Positions 1-8,639 of a DNA stretch of 20,000 nt are shown here, piece after piece. Position numbers and translations under genes: made by a program. Origin of the DNA: an uncultured virus (IMG/VR IMGVR_UViG_3300002026_000101). Taxonomy: Duplodnaviria; Heunggongvirae; Uroviricota; Caudoviricetes. The stretch lies in IMG/VR virus record IMGVR_UViG_3300002026_000101; one strand, 5' to 3'. The notes below the pieces were generated by a model. That model was not told where the DNA came from and ran no database searches. It was given only the letters and a program-made list of their open reading frames with translations. The stretch's first letter is position 1; each line of letters opens with the position of its first letter.

Positions 1-16
1 GGAGTGCAGTCAGCCG

Positions 17-1021
17 GTGGAGGCCAAGGTTGCCAGCATGGGTAAGAAGGTCATTAACATTGACGCAATGGACGGCGTGGCAATCAAAATGCGGCTGTAT
101 ATGTCGCGGGCTACGGGGCGGGAGCTTAAGCGGGATTTCGATTGCCTGATGGTCAAGCCCACCCCAGCTTTGTTAAAGGAGGCGAGAATCGCAAACGCCA
201 AGGCCCGTATTGATGATCTGCTGTGGGGCATGACGACAAAGAGCTTGTCGGTGTATAATACGATTGAGAAGATGATGATCTGGGGAACGGAAAAAGCCAA
301 ACCAGTCAAGGCGGTTGACAAGGGACGGGNNNNAATTTGGCCCGCGAAAAGTGTTTTTCTTTCATTTTGGCTTCAAGCCATTCATCAAAACGGGGGGGAG
401 GGCAGGGGGAAGGCGCAGCAGGCGGTTTCCGATCTGCTGGTTGTCATGGCGGCAAATGACATCACGGCGTTCGGGTGTATCCCGAACAGGATACTGGGGT
501 TCAAGACGATCCTGCCAGCCAAGGTGGAGGGGTGGGTGGAGATTGTTGTCATGGGGCGGGGGTTGCCGAGCTGTGACTGCGACGAAACGGACGATCCTAT
601 TCAAGAGGATTGTTGCGACAGGGAAGATTGCCCCTGCCACGAGGAATCAGAGCAGCAGGACGAAGGGGACGACATCATCGAGGCCAAGGTGCTTGTGAAG
701 CAGTCGTGGATTGACGCGTTCATAGGGGTGCCGCTGGAGTACCCGTACGTGGAGATCAGGAATAACGTATCCAAGGAGCTGCGGGGGGAGATGGGGCGGG
801 AGCAGGCGCGGGTCAGGATGACCATTGCGGCGATCCGCTACAGGCAGCTCCTCGAATCCGCCTCCCAGCGGCTGCGGCAGGTGGAGCAGGATATGATTGA
901 TGCGGGCTTCGTGACCCCGCCCGATAAGATGTGTCTAGCGGAGCAGTGCGGGGCGTTGTCTGTTGACATTCTTTCAGGCAATACACGCCCGTATGAAACC
1001 ATGATTAAAGACTTGAATTAA
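17..1021 (+). CDS. Hypothetical phage protein with an acidic Cys-rich insert (CDCDETDD...CCDREDCPCHEE); true start uncertain, may extend beyond the window edge
   Basis: 334-aa ORF on the same strand as its neighbours; spans a 4-nt N gap; no family recognised. Confidence 0.7.
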   Translation: MEAKVASMGKKVINIDAMDGVAIKMRLYMSRATGRELKRDFDCLMVKPTPALLKEARIANAKARIDDLLWGMTTKSLSVYNTIEKMMIWGTEKAKPVKAVDKGRXXIWPAKSVFLSFWLQAIHQNGGEGRGKAQQAVSDLLVVMAANDITAFGCIPNRILGFKTILPAKVEGWVEIVVMGRGLPSCDCDETDDPIQEDCCDREDCPCHEESEQQDEGDDIIEAKVLVKQSWIDAFIGVPLEYPYVEIRNNVSKELRGEMGREQARVRMTIAAIRYRQLLESASQRLRQVEQDMIDAGFVTPPDKMCLAEQCGALSVDILSGNTRPYETMIKDLN

Positions 1022-1038
1022 ATAAGGGAATTAGATAT

Positions 1039-1266
1039 ATGTCATTCCTGATTGAAACCAACTCGGTCGGCCAATCCACCCTCGCCGAGCAGGTAGTGGA
1101 TCAAGGGGAAGACGCCCGCTTGCCAGACAGGATCGTGTGTCCTATGTGCGGCGGGTTATTTTTCTGCGAGGGCGTGGGGGAGTGCGCTTATTGCTTTCTA
1201 GGGTACATCGAGTGCGGGGAGGGGGGGGGGGACAGCCATGAGGAAACCAAAACCCAAGCAGAGTGA
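1039..1266 (+). CDS. Small putative zinc-binding protein
   Basis: CPMC...CxxxxxCxxC...C; end overlaps the start of the next gene. Confidence 0.55.
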   Translation: MSFLIETNSVGQSTLAEQVVDQGEDARLPDRIVCPMCGGLFFCEGVGECAYCFLGYIECGEGGGDSHEETKTQAE

Positions 1267-1567
1267 AACAGACGCTTTCATAGCGGACTGGGTCTACTGG
1301 GATGTGGCAGATGCAAGGGTCAACGGGCTGATTGAACTGTGCAAGCGGGTGGAGGAGGAGCGGAATGCTGCGCAAGAGGCGTTCAGGCAGGCCAACAGGG
1401 ATTTCGGGTGTGAGGGGAGGGACCCGTACGGTACGATCTGGGACTATGCGGCAAAGCTGCAAGAGGAAAACAAGGCGTTGAAGGACGAGCGGGAGGGCAT
1501 CGTGAAAGCGGCCACAAGGCGGCGCAGCGAGCGGGAGGGAATCGGTCAAGGGGAAGGTAGGGGGTAG
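1238..1567 (+). CDS. Hypothetical protein, coiled-coil-like
   Basis: 109-aa ORF tightly packed between co-oriented genes; charged heptad-like segments. Confidence 0.65.
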   Translation: MRKPKPKQSETDAFIADWVYWDVADARVNGLIELCKRVEEERNAAQEAFRQANRDFGCEGRDPYGTIWDYAAKLQEENKALKDEREGIVKAATRRRSEREGIGQGEGRG

Positions 1568-1569
1568 GT

Positions 1570-1932
1570 ATGGCAAACGCGTCAGAATGGCAACCAGACG
1601 GCAAAATCGGGAAATCAACGAAGCAACCGATTTGCGACGAAGACGGGCTCGGGAAAGAGGATGACTGGTGGGAACCACGATGGACGATAGCGGCGTTCGA
1701 TGACGGGTCGGGAATGTGGCTGACGGAGTGGCGGAACTACAGGACGTTCCGAACACACAACGACGACGGAACCGTTTCCCCGTGGTTCGATTCGATCAAG
1801 GACTGCAATTCGACGTGGCAACTGGAACATTCCTATGTCCAGTCGGATATGGCAAAGGCGATCATGGCCTGCTGGAAACACAGCAAGAAGCGAAAGAAGC
1901 ATAGACGCAGGGAGAGGGGTGGGAATGAGTGA
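1570..1932 (+). CDS. Hypothetical protein, Trp-rich with a basic C-terminus
   Basis: 120-aa ORF starting 2 nt after the previous stop; its end overlaps the methyltransferase ATG at 1925. Confidence 0.65.
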   Translation: MANASEWQPDGKIGKSTKQPICDEDGLGKEDDWWEPRWTIAAFDDGSGMWLTEWRNYRTFRTHNDDGTVSPWFDSIKDCNSTWQLEHSYVQSDMAKAIMACWKHSKKRKKHRRRERGGNE

Positions 1933-3007
1933 TTACGAAAAGAAAGGAGCACGCGGGACGGGGTTCATCAAAACTCCGTTCCCGTAGGTAGCGTGGTTCG
2001 GTGGAAAGTCAAAAGCGTCAAGTCTAATCTGGAAGCGACTTGGGGCTGAATGCGGGAATTACATAGAACCATTCTTTGGCTCGGGTACAATCTGCGTCAA
2101 CAGACCGGAGGCATTCTCGGGCTGGCTTACGGTTAATGATCTAGACGGCAACATAGCCAACTTCTGGCGGGCTATGCAGCAGGCAGCGGACGCCGTTGCG
2201 GAGGCCGCTTGTTGGCCAGTCAATGAGTGCGATCTCCATGCCAAGCATTTGTGGCTTGTCAACAACCTGCCAAAGCTTGCACCGCGTCTGATGGCCGATC
2301 CCGACTATTGCGAGCCGAGGACGGCGGGCTGGTGGGCTTGGGGGGCGTGCCTGTGGATTGGCAGTTGCTGGTGTGACGGCTCGGGCTCGTGGGGGGCTGC
2401 GCCTGATGCTGATGGCGTGATGGCATTTACAAACGGCGACGGCGGCACGGGCGTCAGCCGGAAGCTCCCCCACCTCGGCGACGGCGGCACGGGCGTCAGC
2501 AGGCAGCTCCCCCACCTCGGCGGCGGCGGCACGGGCGTCAGCCGGAAGCTCCCGCCCATAGGACATGCAGCGCCCGTGACCCCCGGAAACCATCCCGACC
2601 GCCTCGAATGGCTGCAAGCATGGTTTCGCCAAATCCAAGCACGCCTTGCCGACGTCCGTGTCTGCTGTGGCGATTGGGAGCGGATCTGCAGCGTCGGCAG
2701 TATGACCCGCAATGGCATATGTGCCGTGGTCATGGATCCGCCATACAGCACAACCGAGGCCGTCTATGCGCATGATTCCAGCACGGTATCAACCGAAGTG
2801 CGCGAGTGGTGCAAAGCCAACGGCGGAAACCCGCAGCTACGCATAGCCCTATGCGGACACGATAGCGAACATGGAGAGCTGGAAAAGCAAGGCTGGACGG
2901 TAGAAACATGGGATAAAGCGGGCGGGTACCAAGGCAGTGATGACCGGGAACGGATCTGGTTCTCCCCCCCCTGCAAGCACGACGGCAAACAGATGGACCT
3001 CTTTTAA
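1925..3007 (+). pseudogene. Dam/D12-class N6-adenine DNA methyltransferase interrupted by an in-frame TAG at 1985-1987
   Basis: Reading from ATG 1925 gives KTPFP*VAWFGGKS...YIEPFFGSG...VNDLDGNIANFWRA, in frame with ORF 2174-3007, which contains DPPY. These are motifs X, I, II and IV of alpha-class MTases. Confidence 0.8.
2435..2554 (+). repeat. In-frame 42-bp tandem repeat (~2.9 copies) encoding GDGGTGVSR(K/Q)LPHL
   Basis: Units start at 2435, 2477 and 2519; near-identical DNA. Confidence 0.95.
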
Positions 3008-3574
3008 CTATACGCGGGGATAAGCAGTATCAGGAGATGAGACCAGACGAGGATAAACAGGAATCAAAGACCTTATCAAAAACACAGCAAATCAGACGAA
3101 AACGCAGGATGCCTTGTCCTTATCATCCTAGCCCTGTCCATCGCGGGATGCCCCAAAGGATGCGGGTACTAACTAAACCCCAAAATCACACAAACCACAC
3201 CACCCTACCACACTACTGCAAACCTATCCTAAAATCACTTTCGCAAAAATGACAATAAGCCAAACCCACATAAATACTTGAACACCCCTATCCACCTATC
3301 CACAACCACATATCATAAACCACTCAAACAAATAAACACGTCAGCGCAAACCACAACTGAATACAGCATAAGGGTAAGGATATATATACACACAACGGGT
3401 AGACAACACTGGGTAGCCCTATAGATATACCACAGTAGGTAAGTGGTCACATATACCCCCACCTGTTACTAACCCCATATTACTACCCACATATTACTAC
3501 CCCCCCCACATACCCACCTACCCCACACCTGTTAACAGATGCACCCGTTAGGTAGCAACTGGTGTAGCCACCTG

Positions 3575-3713
3575 TTAACATACCTACATATTAACATACC
3601 TACAGATTAACATACCCACAGATCCCCCCTACATATTAACATACCTACATATTAACATACCCACAGATCCCCCCTACATATTAACATACCTACAGATCCC
3701 CCTATCTGTTAGG
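3575..3713. repeat. Iterated 16-bp repeat TTAACATACCYACAKA (6 copies) with TCCCCCCTACATA linkers; iteron-like
   Basis: Copies start at 3575, 3591, 3607, 3636, 3652 and 3681; the array ends in an imperfect inverted repeat CCTACAGAT...ATCTGTTAGG. Confidence 0.9.
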
Positions 3714-4102
3714 CAAACGGGCGGGGATTTTAGATTTGGCGTGGTTTTCAATTTTGCAATTTTGTGAAATCTGGAAAGATCGGGGGCGGTGTAGAAGTTT
3801 TCAACCCAGTGTCGATAGGGTCGGTGTCGGGGTGGGTGTTTGATTTTGGCGGGAGTGATAAACCGATGGGGGTGTGGGAACACATACATCATATACCTGG
3901 GAAAGGCCTGAAATAGGACGGCTAATTTTCCAAAGGCAGGTCGCGGGTCGGACAGGGGCAGTTCTACGTGGGGTAATTTTTGTGATTTTTGATTTTGGTA
4001 AATAGGACGGTTAAAATCACAGTTGGTTTGGGTGTGGTGGTGCGGGGCAGTTGTATGTGGCAAAGTTTTTCTTAATTTTGATTTTGGGATTTTGATTTTT
4101 GG

Positions 4103-4113
4103 GGTATAATAGG
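4103..4113 (+). promoter_or_regulatory. Putative -10 promoter element GGTATAATAGG
   Basis: Perfect TATAAT after a T-rich tract, just upstream of the first gene of the G-rich cluster; an identical 11-mer occurs at 15654-15664. Confidence 0.55.
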
Positions 4114-4201
4114 GTTGTGGGGGGTTGTCTGGTGATAGGGGGGGGTGTGATGGGGTGGTTGTCGTGGGGGGTTGCCTGCGACTTAAATGCGGGGGTTGAT
4201 T

Positions 4202-4402
4202 ATGAAATGTTCGGATTGTGTGAAGTGGGTAGGTGGGTATTGCGAGGGGGTTGGGGAGAGGGATTGGGGGTTTGGGTGGTGTCAGGATCCAGAGCGGGTG
4301 TTTGAGGTTGATGCTGTGGTGGATGATGACAGTGGTTTGGTGGTGCGATTGAAGACTGGACCTGCGTTTGGGTGTGTTCGGTTTTGTGGTAGAAAATCAT
4401 AG
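4202..4402 (+). CDS. Small Cys-rich phage protein (MKCSDCVKW...GWC...FGCVRF)
   Basis: ATG 4202 after a G-rich RBS; CxxC...C...C pattern typical of small phage proteins. Confidence 0.65.
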   Translation: MKCSDCVKWVGGYCEGVGERDWGFGWCQDPERVFEVDAVVDDDSGLVVRLKTGPAFGCVRFCGRKS

Positions 4403-4483
4403 TTGCCTGGTGATAGGGTGGTTGTTGGGGGGGTTGGTTCTGGTGGGGTTTAACGGTTTCAGGGTGAGGGGGGGGGGCATGGT

Positions 4484-4774
4484 ATGGGCAAGGCGAGGAT
4501 GGTGTTTTTTGAGAACACGGAGGGCGGGTTTCCCGCCTATGTGAGTTTCCGGAATGGGAGTTTTTGTATGTGGCACTGTGGCTGTGGGCACTACTTCCGG
4601 GATGCGGGGATCTGGGGGATCTACGCGGCGGGGGGGGAGGGTGCTCGGCTTGTGTCGAAGCGGTCGAGAGGCGACACCAGTCATTTTGGTGGGATGGGGC
4701 TTGTCGGGGTTAGCGGGGAGGAGGAGGAGGGCAAAGGACAACAAGGGGTATTTACCAGATGGGGTGGGGTATGA
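4484..4774 (+). CDS. Hypothetical protein
   Basis: 96-aa ORF whose stop overlaps the next ATG (ATGA at 4771-4774). Confidence 0.45.
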   Translation: MGKARMVFFENTEGGFPAYVSFRNGSFCMWHCGCGHYFRDAGIWGIYAAGGEGARLVSKRSRGDTSHFGGMGLVGVSGEEEEGKGQQGVFTRWGGV

Positions 4775-5163
4775 CGAAAGCTGAGTTGGATGCGGAGTAC
4801 GAGGGGCGGCTGCTGGAGTTGCAGGTCGGGTGTGACCATGTTTTGGATGGGGTTTCTGTTGGGGCTTTTAGTTGTGATTGCTATGGTATGTGTTCGCTGT
4901 GCGGGGCGGAGGTTTGGTTTGAGGTTCGGTTGGAGAGGGATGGGGATGGTTCGGTGGAGGTGGTTTCGTGGCGGCGGTGTGGGGGGCGTGTTGATGGGGG
5001 AGGGGTGATTCATCGGTTTGGAGTTTTGTTGTCCCATGCGGCGATTGCGGAGTACTATCGGAACAATTTTGAGTGGAGTGGGAGGCGAGCGTTGGCGGAG
5101 ATTATTGGTCTTAGGATCAGGGGCAAGGCTATGTCGGAGTGGGGGGGGGCGTTGGGGGGGTAG
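4771..5163 (+). CDS. Hypothetical protein with Cys motifs (CDH...CDC...CSLC)
   Basis: ATGA coupling with the upstream ORF. Confidence 0.55.
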   Translation: MTKAELDAEYEGRLLELQVGCDHVLDGVSVGAFSCDCYGMCSLCGAEVWFEVRLERDGDGSVEVVSWRRCGGRVDGGGVIHRFGVLLSHAAIAEYYRNNFEWSGRRALAEIIGLRIRGKAMSEWGGALGG

Positions 5164-5251
5164 GGTATGAAAGCTGTCTGGAAGTGGGGGGGTTGCTGGG
5201 TTTCTCGGGATGCCGTGCGATGTGCGAAGAATGGGGGGGGGGGGGGTGATC

Positions 5252-5497
5252 ATGGGTGGTATAGTGGATCGGGTTGATGATTTGACGGACAGGTTGTCTG
5301 GGGTTGTGGAGGAGGCGTATTTGCGTGGGCTGGATCGGGGGTTGTTGAAGGGGGTATCGCGGTTGGAGTGGTTGGCGTCCGTGGTGCCGTCGTCGGTGAC
5401 AAAGCAGTGGATACTGGATCAGGCGGGGCGTCAGGGGCGGGTGTTGGCGGCGATGATGTCTGGGGGGGATGGGGTGGGACGTGGTGGTTCATCCTAA
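5252..5497 (+). CDS. Hypothetical protein
   Basis: ATG 5252 after a poly-G tract; amphipathic helical sequence. Confidence 0.5.
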   Translation: MGGIVDRVDDLTDRLSGVVEEAYLRGLDRGLLKGVSRLEWLASVVPSSVTKQWILDQAGRQGRVLAAMMSGGDGVGRGGSS

Positions 5498-5514
5498 AAA
5501 CTAGGGGTGCGGTT

Positions 5515-5832
5515 ATGGGTGGTAAGAAATATGATCCTGCTGACAATTACAGGCCGCTGGCGGATTCGCGGTTCTGCGACATTGATGGTCGCACGGTCAA
5601 GTTGACGGTGGGGCAGCGGGGGGAGTTGGAGGGGGTGGGGCGGGAGCATGATCTGGTGCGTAGCTGGTTCGCGCTGGAGCGGGGGAGGAGTCGGTACAAT
5701 CGGGTGGGGGAGACGGGGGCGGAGTTGGTTCGGGTACAGGCAAAGCTGGGGGTGTGGTTGATACACCCGTGCAATGCACATGCTGGGCTTTCCGTGGATG
5801 ACCCGGGGATTGTGGAGGACTTGGTGGTATGA
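5515..5832 (+). CDS. Hypothetical protein
   Basis: ATG 5515 after AGGGG; ATGA overlap with the next gene. Confidence 0.55.
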   Translation: MGGKKYDPADNYRPLADSRFCDIDGRTVKLTVGQRGELEGVGREHDLVRSWFALERGRSRYNRVGETGAELVRVQAKLGVWLIHPCNAHAGLSVDDPGIVEDLVV

Positions 5833-6101
5833 AGCGGTTTTACAGTGACTGCGTTGGGTGGCCGAAGGCTGATGTCCGGGACGGGCTGATGGCGATGGTT
5901 GACGGTGGGCGGCAGATAACGCGGGGTACGTTCTTGCGTCATGTTGATAGGGGGGGGGTTGCGGAGTTGGAGGAGCGGCTCGGGTACGGGGCGTGGATGC
6001 GGATGAGCGGGGATAGGTACGTTCGGTATTTCAAGGGCAAGCTGCACGGCAAGGTGGCGGTGTGGTTTGAGCATTCCGCGATAGAGTACGTGTTCGTGTA
6101 A
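5829..6101 (+). CDS. Hypothetical phage protein (…ITRGTFLRHV…LGY…HSAIEYVF)
   Basis: 90-aa coupled ORF; the motif pattern looks like a recurrent small phage protein family (recognised from memory only). Confidence 0.7.
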   Translation: MKRFYSDCVGWPKADVRDGLMAMVDGGRQITRGTFLRHVDRGGVAELEERLGYGAWMRMSGDRYVRYFKGKLHGKVAVWFEHSAIEYVFV

Positions 6102-6112
6102 GGGGGTATGAT

Positions 6113-6525
6113 ATGGGTGAGTGCAAGGCTGATGTAGGCTGCTGGGTGTGTCAGCATCGCGGGGAGATTGGGGGGGGGGNNNNNNNNNNNNNNNNNNNNN
6201 NNNNNNNNNNNNNNNNNNNNNNNNNNNNNNNNNNNNNNNNNNGGGGGGGTATTGCAGGGGGTTACGATCTGCTGCTGGGGCTGCGTGCGATTCGTTTGCA
6301 CTTGACGGGGGTTATATCGGGAGGAGGACGGCTGACCGGCTGGCGGGCGACGTGGTGGTTTTTGCTGACATTCGGGACGGGGTGGTAGGGATGACGGGGG
6401 ATGATCGTGCGTTTCGGGTGGAGGTGTTGCGGCGGTTCGTGCCGCCGCGTGACGGGGAGCCCGTGCGGGCCTTGTTTTTCGCTGGGTCGGAGTCGACGCA
6501 GGGGGTGGTTTGTTCGGCGGAGTAG
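6113..6525 (+). CDS. Hypothetical protein, probably one gene spanning the N gap (frame changes across the gap)
   Basis: ATG 6113 (MGECKADVGCWVCQH) before the gap; after the gap an open frame ends at TAG 6523-6525, inside the repeat cassette. Confidence 0.4.
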
Positions 6526-6598
6526 AAAAGCTGGCGTTGTTGGTGATAGGGGAGTGTAGGCAATGGGGCCTGCAAAGAAGCGGGAGGTTCGGATGAGG
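6520..6598 (+). repeat. Intergenic regulatory cassette, copy 1 (stop codon - GTAGAAAA..TGGTGATAGGG - hairpin - GGAGG - ATG)
   Basis: 79 bp with 1 mismatch to 9549-9627; the 60-bp core is identical to 8990-9049. Confidence 0.95.
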
Positions 6599-6781
6599 GC
6601 TCGGAATCAGAAGCGGTTTTCGGTGAAGGCAGACGCAGTGTCATTTGCCAAGCAGCAACAGGCTGCTGGGCATCGGGTTAGAATTGCACACCAGGGGATT
6701 CGCGATTGGTGCGACGTGGTGTCGGCTGACTATTATTATGCGATTTATGGAATCGCAGTCCGCCACCCGCAGCAGTTTTAA
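6593..6781 (+). CDS. Hypothetical protein
   Basis: ATG 6593 follows the GGAGG in the repeat cassette. Confidence 0.6.
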   Translation: MRARNQKRFSVKADAVSFAKQQQAAGHRVRIAHQGIRDWCDVVSADYYYAIYGIAVRHPQQF

Positions 6782-6852
6782 TTTTGAAGGGGGGGGNNNN
6801 NNNNNNNNNNNNNNNNNNNNNNNNNNNNNNNNNGGGGGGGGGGGGGGGGGGG

Positions 6853-7071
6853 GTGACGGTTTACGAATTACAGGATAAGATTTTGGGGCAGTTGCCGTGG
6901 GGGACTGTTGTCGTGGGGGAGGTGTTCATGTTTATTCGACATTGTCGGGACAATTTCATGGATTGCTTGGCGGCGTTGATCGCTGGGAATGACACGCAGC
7001 ATCTGATGGGGGATTGCCAGACTTGCAAGCTGATCAAACGGTTGGAGGAGGAGGAGGTGGTGGGATGTTAG
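6853..7071 (+). CDS. Hypothetical protein (HCxD...H...CxxC); start uncertain because of the gap
   Basis: Open frame after the poly-G/N gap. Confidence 0.5.
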   Translation: MTVYELQDKILGQLPWGTVVVGEVFMFIRHCRDNFMDCLAALIAGNDTQHLMGDCQTCKLIKRLEEEEVVGC

Positions 7072-7238
7072 GGGTAGTTCGATTTTCACTCTGTATTGTG
7101 TTTTCCGTAGCGTACATTTGGTTGCTTGGTCTGGCGATACTTTTCGGGGTTGCCACGATGCCAAAACGGGGGGAAGTGGATCCGTTCCTGAAGGGGCTGT
7201 GGAGGTGGCTGTCGGATACCAAGGGGCTGACCTGCTGA
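7065..7238 (+). CDS. Small putative membrane protein
   Basis: ATG 7065 after GGAGG; long hydrophobic segment. Confidence 0.5.
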   Translation: MLGVVRFSLCIVFSVAYIWLLGLAILFGVATMPKRGEVDPFLKGLWRWLSDTKGLTC

Positions 7239-7299
7239 TTCCCGCAACCGCCCGGCAACGGTGTGAAGCGTTTCTTATAGTTATGGGGGCGGGTAAGGC

Positions 7300-7548
7300 A
7301 TGAATGATTATTGGGATAAGGATGGTACAATCTGCCCGTCGTGCCCGCATTGCGGTAGCGATGTGGTGGAGGACGAGGAATGGGGTGACGGGGGTTGTCA
7401 CTACAGGTACGTGTACGGTAAGTGTGGTGAATGCAACCACGGGTGGCCGATAAGGCGTTTGGAGAACTACGGGGGTACGATCACTGTTGTACCGCTGGGT
7501 CTGGACGGACGGCCTGTTGGGGTAGGTTATGCGGTGCTTGGTGAATAA
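7300..7548 (+). CDS. Small zinc-ribbon-like protein
   Basis: CPSCPHCGS...CGECNH. Confidence 0.6.
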   Translation: MNDYWDKDGTICPSCPHCGSDVVEDEEWGDGGCHYRYVYGKCGECNHGWPIRRLENYGGTITVVPLGLDGRPVGVGYAVLGE

Positions 7549-7559
7549 GGAGGTGGGTT

Positions 7560-7739
7560 ATGGATGCTAAGGGTGGTTGGCAGGGGTTGCTGGGGCGGAA
7601 AACGGAGCCGTTGAAGAAGGGGGACGAAAAGGTTTATTTCTTCGAGCCTTTGGAAAAAGAAATATCCGTTGAGGATATGCAGAAGATTATGGATGTAAAC
7701 GAGAAAATAGTTAAGGGGTTGAAAGATGTCAAAGATTGA
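7560..7739 (+). CDS. Hypothetical 59-aa protein (not in the ORF track), possibly chimeric
   Basis: AAGGAGG RBS then ATG 7560; MDAKGGWQGLLGRKTEPLKKGDEKVYFFEPLEKEISVEDMQKIMDVNEKIVKGLKDVKD*; base composition shifts to AT-rich mid-ORF. Confidence 0.55.
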   Translation: MDAKGGWQGLLGRKTEPLKKGDEKVYFFEPLEKEISVEDMQKIMDVNEKIVKGLKDVKD

Positions 7740-8484
7740 ATTGATACAAGGCGATTGCTTGGATGTGATGAGACATATTCCCGACAAAAGCGTTGATATG
7801 ATTCTCTGTGATCTGCCATATGGAACGACTGCCTGCAAATGGGATGTTGTTATTCCCTTTGAACCTCTTTGGGAGCAATATAAACGGCTGATTAAAAATA
7901 ACGGGGCGATAGTGCTGACGGCAAGCCAACCGTTTACAAGTGCGCTGGTGATGAGTAATCCGGGGATGTTTAAGTATGAGTGGATTTGGGATAAAGTACA
8001 ACCGACTGGGGCATTAACCGTAAAGAAGATGCCAATGAAGCAACATGAGAATATCCTTGTTTTTTATAATCAACAGCCGACATATAATCGACAAATGGCT
8101 GATAGAAAAAAAGAAGATTTGAGAGTGAATGCGGTTAGGAACAAGAATAATCAAAAAACAAACTTTGGATATGAACATATTGGTGGGATGGTAATGAAGT
8201 ACGCTGCCGATTATGACCAAACGAAAGTTAATCCAAAAACAATTATTACTTTTTCAAAACAGCCGACAAGGACGAAGAATGAACACCCCACCCAAAAACC
8301 AGTAGCCCTCTTTGAATACCTTATCAAAACCTACACCAACGAAGGCGACCTAGTATTAGATAACTGCGCGGGTAGTGGAACAACTGGCGTGGCTTGTAAA
8401 AATCTCAACCGCAACTTTATCGGAATAGAGAAAGACCCTGAGTATTTCAAAATTGCAGAGAAGCGAATAAATGAAAATCTATAA
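7726..8484 (+). CDS. Site-specific DNA methyltransferase, N4-cytosine/N6-adenine beta class
   Basis: IQGDCL, DMILCDLPYG (motif IV), FKYEWIWDK, HENILVF, HPTQKPVAL, VLDNCAGSGTT (motif I), FIGIEKD. Confidence 0.95.
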   Translation: MSKIELIQGDCLDVMRHIPDKSVDMILCDLPYGTTACKWDVVIPFEPLWEQYKRLIKNNGAIVLTASQPFTSALVMSNPGMFKYEWIWDKVQPTGALTVKKMPMKQHENILVFYNQQPTYNRQMADRKKEDLRVNAVRNKNNQKTNFGYEHIGGMVMKYAADYDQTKVNPKTIITFSKQPTRTKNEHPTQKPVALFEYLIKTYTNEGDLVLDNCAGSGTTGVACKNLNRNFIGIEKDPEYFKIAEKRINENL

Positions 8485-8639
8485 AATCACAGGATTTATT
8501 TATGTCTAAAACAATATCAGAAGAACAAAGAAAGAAGATAAGCGAGTCGATGAATGGTCGCAAACTATCTAAAGAACATAAAGCCAAACTTCGTGAATCT
8601 ATGAAGGCCAGGGGTAGGGATTTTCTGGATGAGCTTTGA
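8471..8639 (+). pseudogene. Remnant of a GIY-YIG/NUMOD3-type homing endonuclease
   Basis: 8471-8509 reads MKIYKITGFIYV*; 8502-8639 reads MSKTISEEQRKKISESMNGRKLSKEHKAKLRESMK, i.e. two NUMOD3-like motifs; no nuclease core. Confidence 0.6.

Noticed and set aside
1985..1987. Genome-wide TAG recoding (genetic code 15)
   Set aside because: TAG ends several well-bounded genes (1567, 9554, 9984, 16795), the long ORFs have no internal TAG, and this one is part of a 9-nt insertion.
3575..3700. CRISPR array
   Set aside because: The 16-bp units are adjacent or joined by the same linker; there are no unique spacers.
3037..4063. ORFs 3037-3252 (+) and 3674-4063 (-)
   Set aside because: They lie in skewed low-complexity or repeat DNA and give compositionally biased translations; probably non-coding, although 3037 has a possible RBS.
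6563..6592. Shared N-terminal peptide MGPAKKREVR on ORFs 6563 and 9592
   Set aside because: This is translation of the regulatory repeat; the GGAGG points to the downstream ATGs at 6593 and 9622.
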